NCBI GenBank assembly: GCA_951406725.2
Contig: OX597814.1
Span: 161,510,001-161,574,000 of the forward strand
Reading direction: 5' to 3'
DNA from: Octopus vulgaris
Lineage: Eukaryota
Length of the DNA: 64,000 nucleotides
Part shown: piece by piece, positions 51,775 to 64,000 of the stretch
Layout: each line of letters starts with the position of its first letter
How positions within the stretch are numbered: the stretch's first letter is position 1
The notes under the pieces: model-generated
Databases searched by the model: none
Told to the model about the DNA's origin: nothing
What the model saw: only the letters and a program-made list of their open reading frames with translations
Translations under genes and position numbers: made by a program

Positions 51775-52599
51775 TGTGACAGACAGCTATCACACAGAAA
51801 ATATCAGCTTCTAATTCCTGTTTTCAAGTTAGCCAAAAGTGAAATTTAAACCCCTGTAAAATTTTCCTAAATTTTATCTGGAATAAATGAATCCCAAATT
51901 CAGATCCAGTGTGAAAAATTACATCAAAATTTTCATTTAATTTTAAAATTTCCAAATCTGTGTCAGTAACCAAAAAGATCCACATATGTCATTGAATGGA
52001 TCTCCCCATAATGTAATTCTCTGACAAAATCAAAGTTACACAGTATGCAACAAGGTTGGATTTTCAAATTACAGGTACAATCAATCTAACAGACTTCTAC
52101 ATAGTTTCTGTCTACTTAGTTTCCTTGACAAGGCTTGGAATCAGTGGAGGGGTGACTGACACTCAGCAAAGATGTCATGTAGTGAGATCAAACCTGAGAA
52201 ATGGGATTGCAAAGCAACCATCTTAATCATTCAGCCATAAACACACCAACCATAATTTCATCTTTTAGGAACCATAACACCTAAATTCCAAAGAACATTA
52301 AAACACATAGTCCCATAAATGCAAAAAGATGAGATGATCTGCTCTGGAATATTTTTGAATTAGAGATATACTCAAACAAGGATGGCCTAGGGTTACCCAA
52401 CATCTATGGTGTCTAACTTTGAGATGTTTGCAGCAGATTTTCCTACAACTAGTTCTTCTGCTCATTTGTTAATGCTGTTCATAGAATACAAAGATAATCA
52501 CAACTTGCACATTGTTAATTAGTAACTAAGTCAGTGTAACTGTATCATTTATCCTAACTAAATCAACCAATTATGCTGCAGGGTTTGGAAGTGGGAATC

Positions 52600-53560
52600 T
52601 TGTATAGTATGCAGTTATATGTTGAGCAGATATGGCAAGGAATTGAGAGGTATGATGACCCAGGTGCAGAGATGGTAATGGTTTGGTAGAGGTTAGGTTT
52701 TGAGGTGAGAAAGAGATCAAGAGTGTTTGGGTGGGGGGGAAGGGTGTCTACACTAACTTATTTTTATCTTCTACTCATAAACACACCAACCATAATTTGG
52801 GTAGAAGATAAAAATAAGTTAGTGTAAAGAGTTGAGAGTGGAGGTGCGTGGCTTAGTGGTTAGGGTATCAGCAACATGATTGTAAGATTGTGGTTTTGAT
52901 TCCTGGACCGGGTGATGTGTTGTGTTCTTGAGTAAAACACTTCATTTCACATTGCTCCAGTCCACTCAGCTGGCAAAAATGAGTAAAGCTGTGATGGACT
53001 GGCATCCTGTCCAGCTGGGGAACACATACGCCATTGAAACTGGGAAACCGGGCCATGAGCCTGCCTAGGCTTTAAACAGGGCGCATTTATTTTATTTTTA
53101 AAGAGTTGAGAACAGCAAAGGATTTAGCTTCTGCTCCAGTAGCATTGGTGTGGGAAAAGTGAGAAAATCTTGAGGGGCTGTGAACGTTGAAATCACCAAG
53201 AATGATGACTTTGAAGAGTGGAGAGATGAGAAAGATATTTGTAATGCAGGAGGGAATATGGTTGAAGAATTGCTGGTGGTTTGAGGAATTCAGAGAGTAA
53301 TAGAGGATCCAGATGTAGTGTAGGGAGTGAGGGAGGGAAACTTTGAGCCAGAGTAACTGGAAATTATTGTTGAGAGAGATGAGGGTGGGATCTGTGTATG
53401 TGTAGAGAAATTTGAGTAGAGAGTGTATTTAGGATAATGGAAATGATTTGTTGATAGGGGTTGAGAAATTTCTATCTCAAAGTGAACCAGGATATGGGGT
53501 TTGCATGTGAGTAAGAGATAATATGTGAGATCTAGGTTGGAGAGAAAGCTTCAGATGTTT
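52600..53560 (-). mobile_element. LINE APE-endonuclease fragment (CR1/L2/Jockey group), interrupted by a SINE and a hairpin insertion
   Basis: Minus strand encodes VIILGDFNVH and PNTLDLFLTS. Confidence 0.6.
52838..53098 (+). mobile_element. tRNA-derived SINE, family C, with a 13-bp TSD
   Basis: GTGGCTTAGTGG A-box and GGTTTTGATTCC B-box; TSD taaagagttgaga at 52825-52837 and 53099-53111. Confidence 0.9.
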
Positions 53561-55697
53561 AAGATAAAGAGGAGAATGGATATGCTTTAAAAGAAAGGGA
53601 ATCAACTAAATTCCAAGACTGAAAATAAACTTAACTCAATTTTTCAAAAGACATTTTAATTTCCTGCCTGCAAATGAAGAGTAACCAAAGTGCTATAAAC
53701 CATCCTACTTTATCTTAATCTAGTTTTACATTAGTTCCAAATTTCTAAAGCAGCTTCAGTTCTTTAAATGGAAACTAAAATGTAAAATGTGTGTAAATAA
53801 ATTTTTTAAATATAGCTTCTCTCACCGATATTTCTATGTAAGTCAGTTTTATATATAGAGAGGTTTTAATATCAAATATATAGAATGACATTTCATTTTA
53901 GCTTCTTAGGTGAAACTTCTAGTATATATCTTTTGTAATCTACAATTGCACCTGGAGATGTGCTATAGTACAAAGAAATTGAATGGTATAAGTCTACATA
54001 TGGTTTTTCTTACGATAAAGCAATAACTCGTCTGCTAAATACATTGAAACTAAAGAATATTCTCTTGAAAAAACTGCAACCGTGATTGAATAGATAACTA
54101 CGGAACCAACAGACAGCCAAATTGCCTCAGATTTAGCAAAATGGCAAAGCTTCTGACAATGTTCATTATTGTTTTATCTTCAGGCAACGTCAGTTCTTTT
54201 TTTTACTTAATTTCTTGCAGCTATCACAGAAAAACTTCCAAGCATTGTTTCACCAGCCAAACAAAATTGAAAGACATAAAGCAGAAAATAATGTTCTTTC
54301 TTTACTGATTCACTTTACTTCATAAATATATTTGATATTGTTACACTTTAACTTACAATATCATTGCTATGAGATGAGAGAGGCGGGGGGGGGGGGGTGA
54401 ATGGAGGAGAATTTAGGATGCCAAATATATATTTAGTTTGGTGGAATATAGTAAACAGAAAAGTGAAAGAAGCAAGAAAAAAATTAAACATCAACAATAA
54501 ATGACACTACTGAGAAAATAACTAAGAACACTTCCAATTTCTCAGATTTTGCACAGATCTTCAGAGGTTTCCTTTTTTATATAGTGAATGATAGACTGTA
54601 AAAGAAAGTGTGAACCCATAAAAGTATGTCTTAGGTAATGCGTATGTACCATAGTTAGGCTGTTTTGTGGATGTATAATATATGTTATACTACAGAGTAG
54701 AGGCATGTGATTTTAGGTGGCTTACATAATTTTGTGAGAAGATTTTCTTGATATGGATTCCAAATTTCAAAGACATATTCAGCTTGTAATTTCTTTTAGT
54801 TTATATATATTTTATATCTTTATTAGTTGTTTTCTATTTGGAAGGATAAATATTTTTGTATTTTTGTCTTTAATCTAAACCAGGTGGAAAAACCCATCAA
54901 CAAGGTGACTGAAAGAGGTTAGTACTATATTACATAGCTAAAGGTTAATTATTGGTTGGAAGTTGCGAGCAGAGATGAAGTTCAAACAGAATATAGTTCT
55001 AGATTGAAAGAATTGAGCATAGTATTTATGTATGAGTGGAGGAGAAAGGAAAAAAATAGCATTGTGATATAGAACAATAATAAATTATAACTATGGAAAG
55101 AGATAGTAGAAACAGAGCTAGGATGACCAGAGATTGAAAATATTGTTTGATACATAAATAATGAAAATAATATACTGGATCTCTCTCTCTCTCCTCTATT
55201 GTAACATTTGTCTCCATCTTTACTATAGCTTATTAATCTCTAAGTCTTGTGACTCCTAAAACTTAAATCCACCATCCTTTATCTTCAGCATCTACCTATT
55301 ACCCAAAATATAGGGCATATTTCTAAAAGCAGGAATCTGTATTAATATGAAATTTACTTTCCCAGGTAGTTATTACTCCTATATGGACATGAGCAATAAA
55401 AACTTTAGGTTGCTTTGATCCTTTTCAGTTGTTAAACCCTTCAAAATAAACCAGTCATCAGTTCTTTAGGTTCCACTGTTATAATATTCTGTGACTCTTA
55501 TGGCTGCAACTCCTTCCATTCTTTGCAAGAATGAACCAGTCATTTTGATGTACTGGAACGATTATTTCTTTTTATTTCCTTTCTTTTTCCTTTCTGTTTG
55601 TTTCAGTCACTGGACTGTGGTCATACTGGAGCACTCCTTTGAAGGACTTAGTTAAACAAATCAACTCCTGTTTGGTACATACACATAATATATATAT

Positions 55698-55763
<66 letters not shown>

Positions 55764-56289
55764 GTGTGGTGTGTGTATGTGTGTGTGTGAGAGAGAGAGA
55801 GAGAGGTGTGTAAATTCTGGGTTAGAGTCCTGTTTGCTGGAAGATTGCTGGGTGTGAGGTACCTCTTAGCTTTTGTTAAAGTATGTCTCTAGGAGAAGGT
55901 CACTGATATAAAACCAGATATGCAGGGAATGGTTCTGAACATTTTGGGGATGTTTTGCTTGCACTTGAGATCATAGTACTCCCATATTCCTGAGCTTGCA
56001 ACCCATATAGGCACTGGATATCTTGCCTAGCTTGTCTTCAGAGAGGTGGAGAGGGTCTGTGAGGTTCTATGCAAGCTTTATTGGACCTAAAATTTTAGGT
56101 TGTGCAAGTGCAATCGCTGGCAAGACAACTATCTGACACCCAGTCAAGTAGGGGATCACTGCAGCGTGTATGGAAGACATGGATACAAACCTGAGTGGCG
56201 ACAACTGCTGGTGCAGTAACCTCATGCATGGGCATTGCTAGCATTTTGTATGAGCAATGGTCAGGATGGTCTTTCTTGATCACAAGTGG

Positions 56290-56408
56290 ACAGCATAGGC
56301 TCGAAATGTTAAAGGCTTTTTCACTTCCCAAGCGTTAAACTAATACATCTGTTTGTTGTCTATACCACCTGTCTTCGACATTTGTATTTTTTTTTGTGAA
56401 TTCTCCCT
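56290..56408 (+). mobile_element. Penelope-type terminal repeat fragment (3' half of the hammerhead-like motif), ending in (TA)n
   Basis: agcataggctcgaaatgttaaag...ctaatacatctgtttgttg...ccacctgtcttcg; homologous to 14640-14766. Confidence 0.55.
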
Positions 56409-56419
56409 ATATATATATA

Positions 56420-56807
56420 TCTATATATATAAAGCTGAAGTTGTCTGTGCATGGCAGGTTTGGTAGAATTCAACTAACACCAACTCATCCGAGACCCTGC
56501 GGCGCAAGTTGACCAAAATTGAAAGTATGATAGAAGGCTTGCTCTTCCTTCCATAGAAGAAAAAATTCAAATCGGACCATGTTAACACCAAAAATTATTT
56601 ACATCAAAAGAGTGCTTTTTTTTTCCATGAAATCCCTATTTTTTACAATTGTTTGACTGCTGTGTCGTCATTTTTCAGTGTATTTCAACCAGAAAATTGT
56701 TCACTTAAAGAGAATAACAAGCTACATAATGCAAAATTTTTACTTTTCAAAAATTCCAATTCTATAGGGTCGAAACAAACCCGAGCAACACCGGGCGATA
56801 CTGCTAG
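56420..56807 (+). mobile_element. Non-autonomous Helitron
   Basis: 5' TCTATATATATAAAGCTGAAGTTGT and 3' CCCGAGCAACACCGGGCGATACTGCTAG; termini shared with 39276-39575. Confidence 0.85.
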
Positions 56808-57039
56808 GATATATATATATATATACATATATGTATTGTAAACAAACTTATGAGCACTGAGTGAGTTGGTATTCTACAAAAAATAAAAGAATTCTTGAAC
56901 ATAGGATGGCTGTGAAGACAGCTTAGAAAATTGGATAAGTACCCTTTAGAAGATGGAGAAAAGTGACCAGCAAGCCTCTACAGAGAATCAAACCCTGTAT
57001 TTCTCAAATTCCATCTGTATGTGTGTGTGTGTGTGTGTA

Positions 57040-57195
57040 CATGACAGGCTTTCACACAGTTTATATCTACCAAATTTACTCACATGGCACTGGTCAGTAC
57101 AAGCTTTAGAAGATATTTGTCCAAGATGTTACTTGGACTGAACCTGAAACCATGTGGCTGCAAAGTAAGCTTCTTAACCACTCAGCCATGCCTGC
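57040..57195 (-). mobile_element. SINE head, family B
   Basis: acaggctttcacacagtt...ccaaatttactcac...aaccatgtgg...cttcttaaccactcagccatgcctgc. Confidence 0.7.
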
Positions 57196-57642
57196 ACTGG
57201 TTATTATTTGGACATTTATTTCTTACTTCCAAACCTATTTTCGATTCAGATATTACAATATCTTTACTGCACTCACATGATTCTCTAATCACTAATTCAT
57301 ACCTTTATCTAATGCTTCTTAAAAGTAACTGTCCCCTTCACCTAGTCACAAAGGCATTATGCCTCTAAAGGAGAAGCAATTCTAAAGACATTAGTAGTGT
57401 GAAGCAAAATAATTTCAACTAGAAACTGAAATTGCATTGCAGTTGTTTGTTGAAAGGATACCTCTTATTCTATGTTCAAATGATGTCATACACAACTATA
57501 TCACCATGCTTGTTTAGTCATTCAAGTTGGCTAATTGATCATTTCTTCTGTTAAATTCTTTACTATTTTACACATACTGTCAAATGTACTTCCTTTTCAA
57601 CACTGCTAAGAAGGTTAAATGGGTTGACAGAAATGATTCATC

Positions 57643-58560
57643 TCATCATCATCATCATCATCATCCATGCTTCATTGTCTTTCTTCAATGTTGGCATGGG
57701 TTGGATGGTTTGACAGGATTCAACAGATTCAATGATGCCATCATACTCCACTGTCTACTTTGAAATGGTTTCTACAGCTTGATGCCCTTCCTAATATCAA
57801 CTAATTTACAACACACACTGTGTGCCCTTTACACGCCACCAGCAGTAGTGAGGTCATTATGCAGCTTGCAAGACAACAAACTCTGTGAGAGAGAGAGAGC
57901 GAGAAAACTTTATGTTTGGAGATGAGGGGTTAAAGTATGGAACAAGGAGTCAGAGCAGAATAGGTTTCTTGCTGTAGAGGGGCCACATGGCTACTCAAAT
58001 TTTAGATGTGAGGGTGAGGGTGAACAGGGTAGAGCAGGGAAGAGTTAAAAATAGCAGAGATGAGGCTCTGTGTGGATCCTCAAGATACAAGGTAAGTATA
58101 AGTGAATGGAGGGTGGTGCAGGTGAACCAGGAGTGAGAGTGAGTAGAGGTTGCAAGAGTGTGTGAGGGAATGAGAAATAGGGAATGAGTGAAGCAGAGAA
58201 TATAATGAATGAAGAACAAGTGTTGACTGGATGGAGAGGTAGGGAAGAGTAGGTGACAACTGTAAAGATTAAGTAGGGATGAAGGGTGGATGTAGTGGAT
58301 AATAGGCAAGGAGTAGTGTTGATCAATGATAACAGGGGTGAAGAATAGCAGAATAGTAATAGTACCATAGACGGGGGAGGAGGGATGAAGATGAATGGTT
58401 GGGAAGAGTGTGAGTGAAGGAAAGAGAAGAATGTGGGTAGTGGGGACAACATTAAGAATGATGGATGAATATTAAATGAACTGATACTTGGTAATGAGAA
58501 AGATTAGTGGTATCAAGGAAAAACTACTGTTACAGAGATGAAGGGTGGTTGGCATGTCTA
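57643..58560 (-). mobile_element. Non-autonomous RTE-tailed element with a long pyrimidine-rich body
   Basis: (CAT)n then ggcatgggttggatggtttgacagg...gatgcccttcctaat; shares body blocks with 3805-4335 and 19980-21190. Confidence 0.6.
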
Positions 58561-58596
58561 AGACTGGAATTTTGGCAAATGAACCAGTTGTGCATA

Positions 58597-59909
58597 TACA
58601 AGGTGTAGTCAAAAAGTATCCAACCTTTGGCTAAAAAAGTAATATTAAAAAACTCACCATTTTGATTTAGTCTCCTGTATTCGCCTTGGGAGTCTACTCA
58701 CTTCTGCCAGCATTCCTGCCACGGCTGGAAACATTTCTGGAAATTACTTTTTGGGATGCTGTAGAGCTGTGCCATTGAATTTTGCTTAATATCTTCTGTT
58801 GACTCAAATCTTCTCCTTTGAGTATTGTTTTGAGCTTTGGGAATAGCCAAAAGTTACACAGAGCCAAGTCTGGGGAGCGGGAAGCCTGATGAACGAGTGG
58901 TGTGTTTTGCTTGACAAGGAATGCTTGGATGATGTAAGCAGAATGAGTGACTGCCTTGTCATGGTGGAGTTACCAGTTCTTTGCTGCCCACAGGCCGGGT
59001 TGTTTTTGCTGCACAGCTTCATGAAGGCAACGAAGAATCCCCAGGTAGCATTCTTTGTTGTCTGCCCTTGTGGTGCATATTCATGGTGCACAATACCTCT
59101 GTAGTAAAAAAAACAGATCATCATCAGTTTAACATCGCTGCACACCTGTCTTGCTTTCTTGGGCTTGGCGAGGATGGATGCTTCTACTGTGATGATTGCA
59201 ATGCTGTTTCAGGGTCATAACCATACACCCATGTCTCATTGCCAGTAATGATAGTGTTCATGAAGTTTTGATTTTGGCTAGCACACTCCAGCATGTAATG
59301 GGAAACTTCCTTTCTGTGGTCAGACAGAAACTTTGGTATGAATTTGGCCAACACCCTCCTCATGCACAAATCCTATGTTATAATTGCCTGAACTGACCCA
59401 TGGCTGATTCCAACTTTGGCAACAATCTCCTCAATAGTCACACGACAGTTTTCATAGACTATTCCTCAAACCATTGCAATCCTTTTGTTGTTTCTGCTAG
59501 TCGATGGTCTGTCACAATGTGGCTCACTGTCCTCTGAGGAGTAGCCATCTTTGAACTGGTTGTACCACTCCTTTATTTGTGCTTTTCCCATAGCATCAGC
59601 TCCAAAGGCCTTCTGAATCTTCTTGGTAGTCTGGGCTTGTGTATCACCAAGTTTTTGGCAGAATTTGATACAGTATATTTTCTCAGTGCACTTGGTCATT
59701 TTGACTCAAAAAAGAAAAATTTCACAGCACACTCTTCATATCTGTACTCAATGTGTCACTGCAGGTGAATGGCACAACCTATAGACATGAAAATTTTTGG
59801 CATGCTCAGGAAGGATGCAGTCACCTAATACCCATGAAGATTTTGCTCACGCATTATCATTTTGTGCAAAAAAAAATCAAGGTTGGATACATTTTGACTA
59901 AACCTTGTA
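58597..59909 (-). mobile_element. Full-length (about 1.3 kb) decayed mariner transposon
   Basis: About 30-bp TIRs (tacaaggtgtagtcaaaaagtatccaacc and ggttggatacattttgactaaaccttgta) flanked by TA. Transposase fragments MTKCTEKIYCIKFCQKLG, AKFIPKFL, TGNETWVYGYDPET and GIVHHEY; frameshifted. Confidence 0.93.
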
Positions 59910-59929
59910 TATATAAACACACACACACA

Positions 59930-60400
59930 CGGTGCTTAGTTTTGATAAGTTGAGCAGGTCTTCTTGAGAACCACATATCACCAGACATCACGGTCACCTC
60001 TGTGAGGTCCAAGGGCTTGAGATTAGCTTTCTCTACTTCACCTCAAGTCTTTCTGGGTCTCTGCCTTCTCTAAGCTCCACTAACATTAAGTGATTGGCAT
60101 TTCTTTAAACAGCTGTCCTCGTATGACCATACCAATACAGTTTTATTTCCTGCACACTACATCTGATCTCTGTTATGTTGAGTTTTATGTTCAAGACATT
60201 TGTACTATGTTGTTCATACTCATATACATTACACATCGAATGGAGCAAGCTTGCTTCATTTCTTTCCAGTTTTCTCAAGTCCTCTGCATTCAAAGTCCAT
60301 GTTTCATTACCACACAACCAGTATTCAACCCAGTATTCTCCATACAGTTTAGAAGAAGTTGTTGTCGTGGCAAAAATGGCTTTCTGTCAGTTTCCAACAT
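59930..60400 (-). mobile_element. Diverged RTE 3' ORF fragment
   Basis: GNETWTLNAEDLRKLERNEASLLHSMCNV...LYWYGH. Confidence 0.75.
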
Positions 60401-60944
60401 GCGAATTCAGCTATTCTATAATTTGAATTGCAAGGTCATTGAATTAGCATGCAAGTGGTTAAGTATCCCACATACTCATACACTCATAACACAATTACGT
60501 AGAACCAGTGTATGACAAAACCATACTTTTGAACATGCAATCAATCCATCAGGCTTCCACACAGTTTCCAACAACCCAGTTTTGCTTACAAGGTTTGGGT
60601 CAACCTGAGGCAGAGATGAAAGACACGGGCCAAAGATTTAACATGGTGGGATGGAACCCAGGACCTTGCCATTGCCATACAGTTGAAATATACACATAAA
60701 AGTATACTATAATAGGAAGCATATGATGCCACCAACTGGGGGTAGGGCAGGTGATTGTAACATATAATTCATGGTTGGGGGCCTACTGTACAGTAAAACA
60801 TATTACTAAATGGAAATGAACACACCACCTATCAATTCATCACGCACACACACAATATATATATATATATATATCAGTATCAGTGATTAGGAATAAATGA
60901 ACTTTAGGTTCATTAAAATATGTGTGTGACATATTTTAATTTCC

Positions 60945-61119
60945 AAAGGCAAATTCACCGAAATTATTGTGGAGAAAAAAATTTTCTCTCATGGTAAAAG
61001 GTGTAACAACACTGCTTCTGGCCACTGGGAATCTGCTGGAGGGAAGATGTGGTGTTTTTACACCTTTTACCATTAGAGATAATTTGTTTCACCATGGTAA
61101 CTGCAGTGAATTTGTTTTT
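60945..61119. repeat. Imperfect palindrome (arms about 65 bp, loop about 38 nt), MITE-like
   Basis: aaattcac...atggtaaaaggtgtaacaacac pairs with gtgtttttacaccttttaccat...gtgaattt. Confidence 0.75.
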
Positions 61120-62519
61120 ACAAGAATTTATTTATTTATTTAATTATTTATTTATTTATTATACACATACTTACTTGACAAGGAAGTCAAGATGGAAATT
61201 AAAAAGAGAGTATGAAATACAAGACAGTCTTACCAAGGTCAGCTGCCCAGTGCAGAGCTGTTCGAAAATTGTTATCTAGTTGTGATACATTACACGTCTC
61301 AAAAGAAGTCTATAAAACAGAAAGACAGAAAGAAAAAAAAAACACAACTAAAACCTGAATACAATTTTAACAAACAAAAACAATTAATAAACATATAAAA
61401 ACAAATGTTCAAATAAATCATATTGGTTGGTTATAAATAATTTTTCGTTGTTTGTTATTTATTTTATATAGTATTTTTTTTTTTCATATAGGGAACAGAA
61501 TTTGATAGGAACAGCAAGTATAATTAATGATTTCATCTAAGATCAGTATGATAGGACAGTAAATGGAGCTGAGAGTAGCTGAAAGGTACTAGCTAAAATG
61601 CTGCATTGGATAAAAAAAAAAGAAGACAAAACAAAACAAAACAATCACAAAAAAAAAAGCAAATGAAAATCAATGAATTATTGAATGGAAACCAAATGAC
61701 ATATAAACGGTAATTCTCAGTTGCTGTGGAAAATGTAAAAAAGAAGAAGAGGAAACTAATCAGGAAATAGGAAACAGTTGAAGAAAGATGAATGAAGCAT
61801 TCAATGAACGCGATAATGTGAGTGTTGAGTATTAACTCAACTAAAACTCATTGCAACAGAAAAGAACTAAAATGGAAACATGACTGAAATTAGTGCTTGG
61901 TCACATCCTGGGTGAGAAAACAAACATTTATGATCAATAATATCAATCAATAATGTCATGGTTTGATTTCAGGTAGATAAACATCTGAAGGAAAGGTAAA
62001 TGCATTGATGTATATCTAATTGTTTATTTATTATATCTGTAGATTGATACACACACACGCATGCGCATACATACAAACACAGACACAGAATTTTTTTAAA
62101 TGTATAAAACAATCAAGAAACTAACTATACACCTATATGCACAAGGATTTATCTCTGGTAATGCATACACATCTTAGAAACACACAGTTTGTCAGTATAT
62201 ACTCTGGTACACACAAAATTCTGTTTCTCTAAACCTACATCATTTAATACAGTTGTAGGAAAATATATAAATATGAAGCTAAACAACCATATCATTGATA
62301 TGAATTAGAATTGCTATACCTAAATGGATAGAAGAGCTATTGACTTATTATATTACACAGCGGCTTGTTAAACATTGACAGTTATTTATATATATTAGTA
62401 AAAAAATAATTCAACCTATTTTCCCTTATCACTTACATTGTTTCAAGAACTAATCTTCGAAGTTTGCATGTTTTTAATGGATCTTTTAAATACAATTTTT
62501 CCCAGTTGACCTGATCTTT

Positions 62520-63010
62520 TCATCACTTGGCCTTTTGAAGCCTAACATCCAGAGATATGAACTCTCTACATAATCCTTGGTCTTTTGCTCCCACAGGTAT
62601 CTTTCACTGATAGCATGCAGCATTCATTTGTAAATGCTCATAATAGCTCAGTCATCCATGCTGCAAACATCGACAAATACATTTAATGCCTTGCTGCTCT
62701 CCTAGCTTACTTATACTTCACCTTTTGTACAAGCCAACATCACACATCCAACAAATAAGGCTCGCTTCAATTATCACTAACTTATGCGGATCTAAAGTAA
62801 CCAATTCCCAGGTCACACTAGCATGAAGCATCACACTCCTTAAAGGATGAACATAGTCTGAGAGAGAGGAAAAAGAGAGACCCTTTATTGCCTAAAGTGA
62901 CAACACCTCTCTGACTGCCTTTCACCACCTCTTTAGCTATCATGTTCACATTACAAAAATCTCTAGTACTAATAATGTCACCTAAATAGCAAAAACCTAT
63001 CAAATACTGC
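62520..63010 (-). mobile_element. Old RTE 3' ORF fragment
   Basis: IGFCYLGDIIST, plus downstream similarity to the RTE C-terminus. Confidence 0.55.
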
Positions 63011-63336
63011 TAGTAGGTCATCTCAGCAGTCCATTGGTTCATAGAGTCCCTTTCATGAATGCCTCTACTACTAATTATTTCTATAGCCTTCATTTTCAGC
63101 TAGTCTAACTGAGATTCAAACAGATGCTTATATAACAGCATCTTGGAATTTGAGAGGAGTAACATTCTGGAGAGTAAGGATTGAGCATAGTGGTTAGGGT
63201 AAGATCTGAGACACTATGGCTGAACAAAAGGAAGAGAGATGAAGGAATAAAGTAGAAAAAGACCAGCTACCCCCAAAGAGAAGAGGTTACAGTTGTAGCA
63301 GCAGAAACTCAGAAAGATAGGGAGGAAAGAGAGAAA

Positions 63337-63339
<3 letters not shown>

Positions 63340-63382
<43 letters not shown>

Positions 63383-63387
63383 TGTGT

Positions 63388-63470
<83 letters not shown>
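63340..63470. repeat. (GA)n microsatellite
   Basis: Directly visible. Confidence 0.95.
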
Positions 63471-63472
<2 letters not shown>

Positions 63473-64000
63473 GTTCATCTGTGGATTCAATTTTTTTTTA
63501 TATCCATTAGTTAATATACTGAATGATTTTTCATCCTTAACCTGTCATGTCATAATTTCTTACAATAAAAACATAATGCAGAAATAAAGGAGATTTCAAG
63601 AATGAAATATACTTATGTCTGTGATTTATCACACTCAACAGATTAAAGAATTTGATTGACAATTGAAATTGAAATTATTTTATCATTTATCACTAAGAAA
63701 CATGAACAGTAAAAGAACTCAACAATTTTAAATATTGTCAGTGAAAACCCTAATACAGGCCTTACATTTGCCAATTTGGTATGGCTTTTAACTTTATTTT
63801 AGTTATACACATACACACTTTCTCCAGAACTCTTTTCATTTCTTTCAAATGAAAGATCTCATCTAAAATGTTTTATCTGTTGGTTTTGAGAGTTTTTTCC
63901 CTGATGACACATTAATATACTCTTTGTTCATATGTCTCATTCATACATGCTTAAAACACTTCAGCCACTGGCCCACAGACATGCTGTCCCTTCATTCTAC

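Overview
This is AT-rich, repeat-dense metazoan DNA. The SINE/LINE repertoire looks cephalopod (most likely Octopus), which is my inference. The only host gene I can support is an inversin (INVS)-like ankyrin-repeat gene on the minus strand. Four GT-AG exons (50567-50673, 47214-47379, 41165-41372, 32845-32925) splice in phase into 187 aa closely matching the inversin ankyrin repeats. I found no neighbouring exons, so the rest of the window is probably intronic. The introns hold decayed transposons: two long RTE LINEs in opposite orientation plus many RTE 3' fragments with (GAT)n tails, RTE-BovB-like fragments, Penelope-like elements and their terminal repeats, a CR1-type LINE, R4/Dong-like fragments, two mariners, two non-autonomous Helitrons, hAT and TTAA MITEs, several tRNA-derived SINE families and microsatellites. 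Most ORFs in the track are microsatellite or repeat artefacts. Points most worth following up: hammerhead ribozyme motifs in short elements sitting in (TA)n tracts; a PHD-type C4HC3 finger inside the RTE reverse transcriptase; hierarchical hairpin arrays in RTE 3'UTRs; an inverted RTE pair bracketing a frame-symmetric 81-nt INVS exon; a twin-priming-type 5'-inverted RTE insertion with a 13-bp TSD; an in-frame CR1/Penelope chimera; and a 465-bp foldback palindrome.
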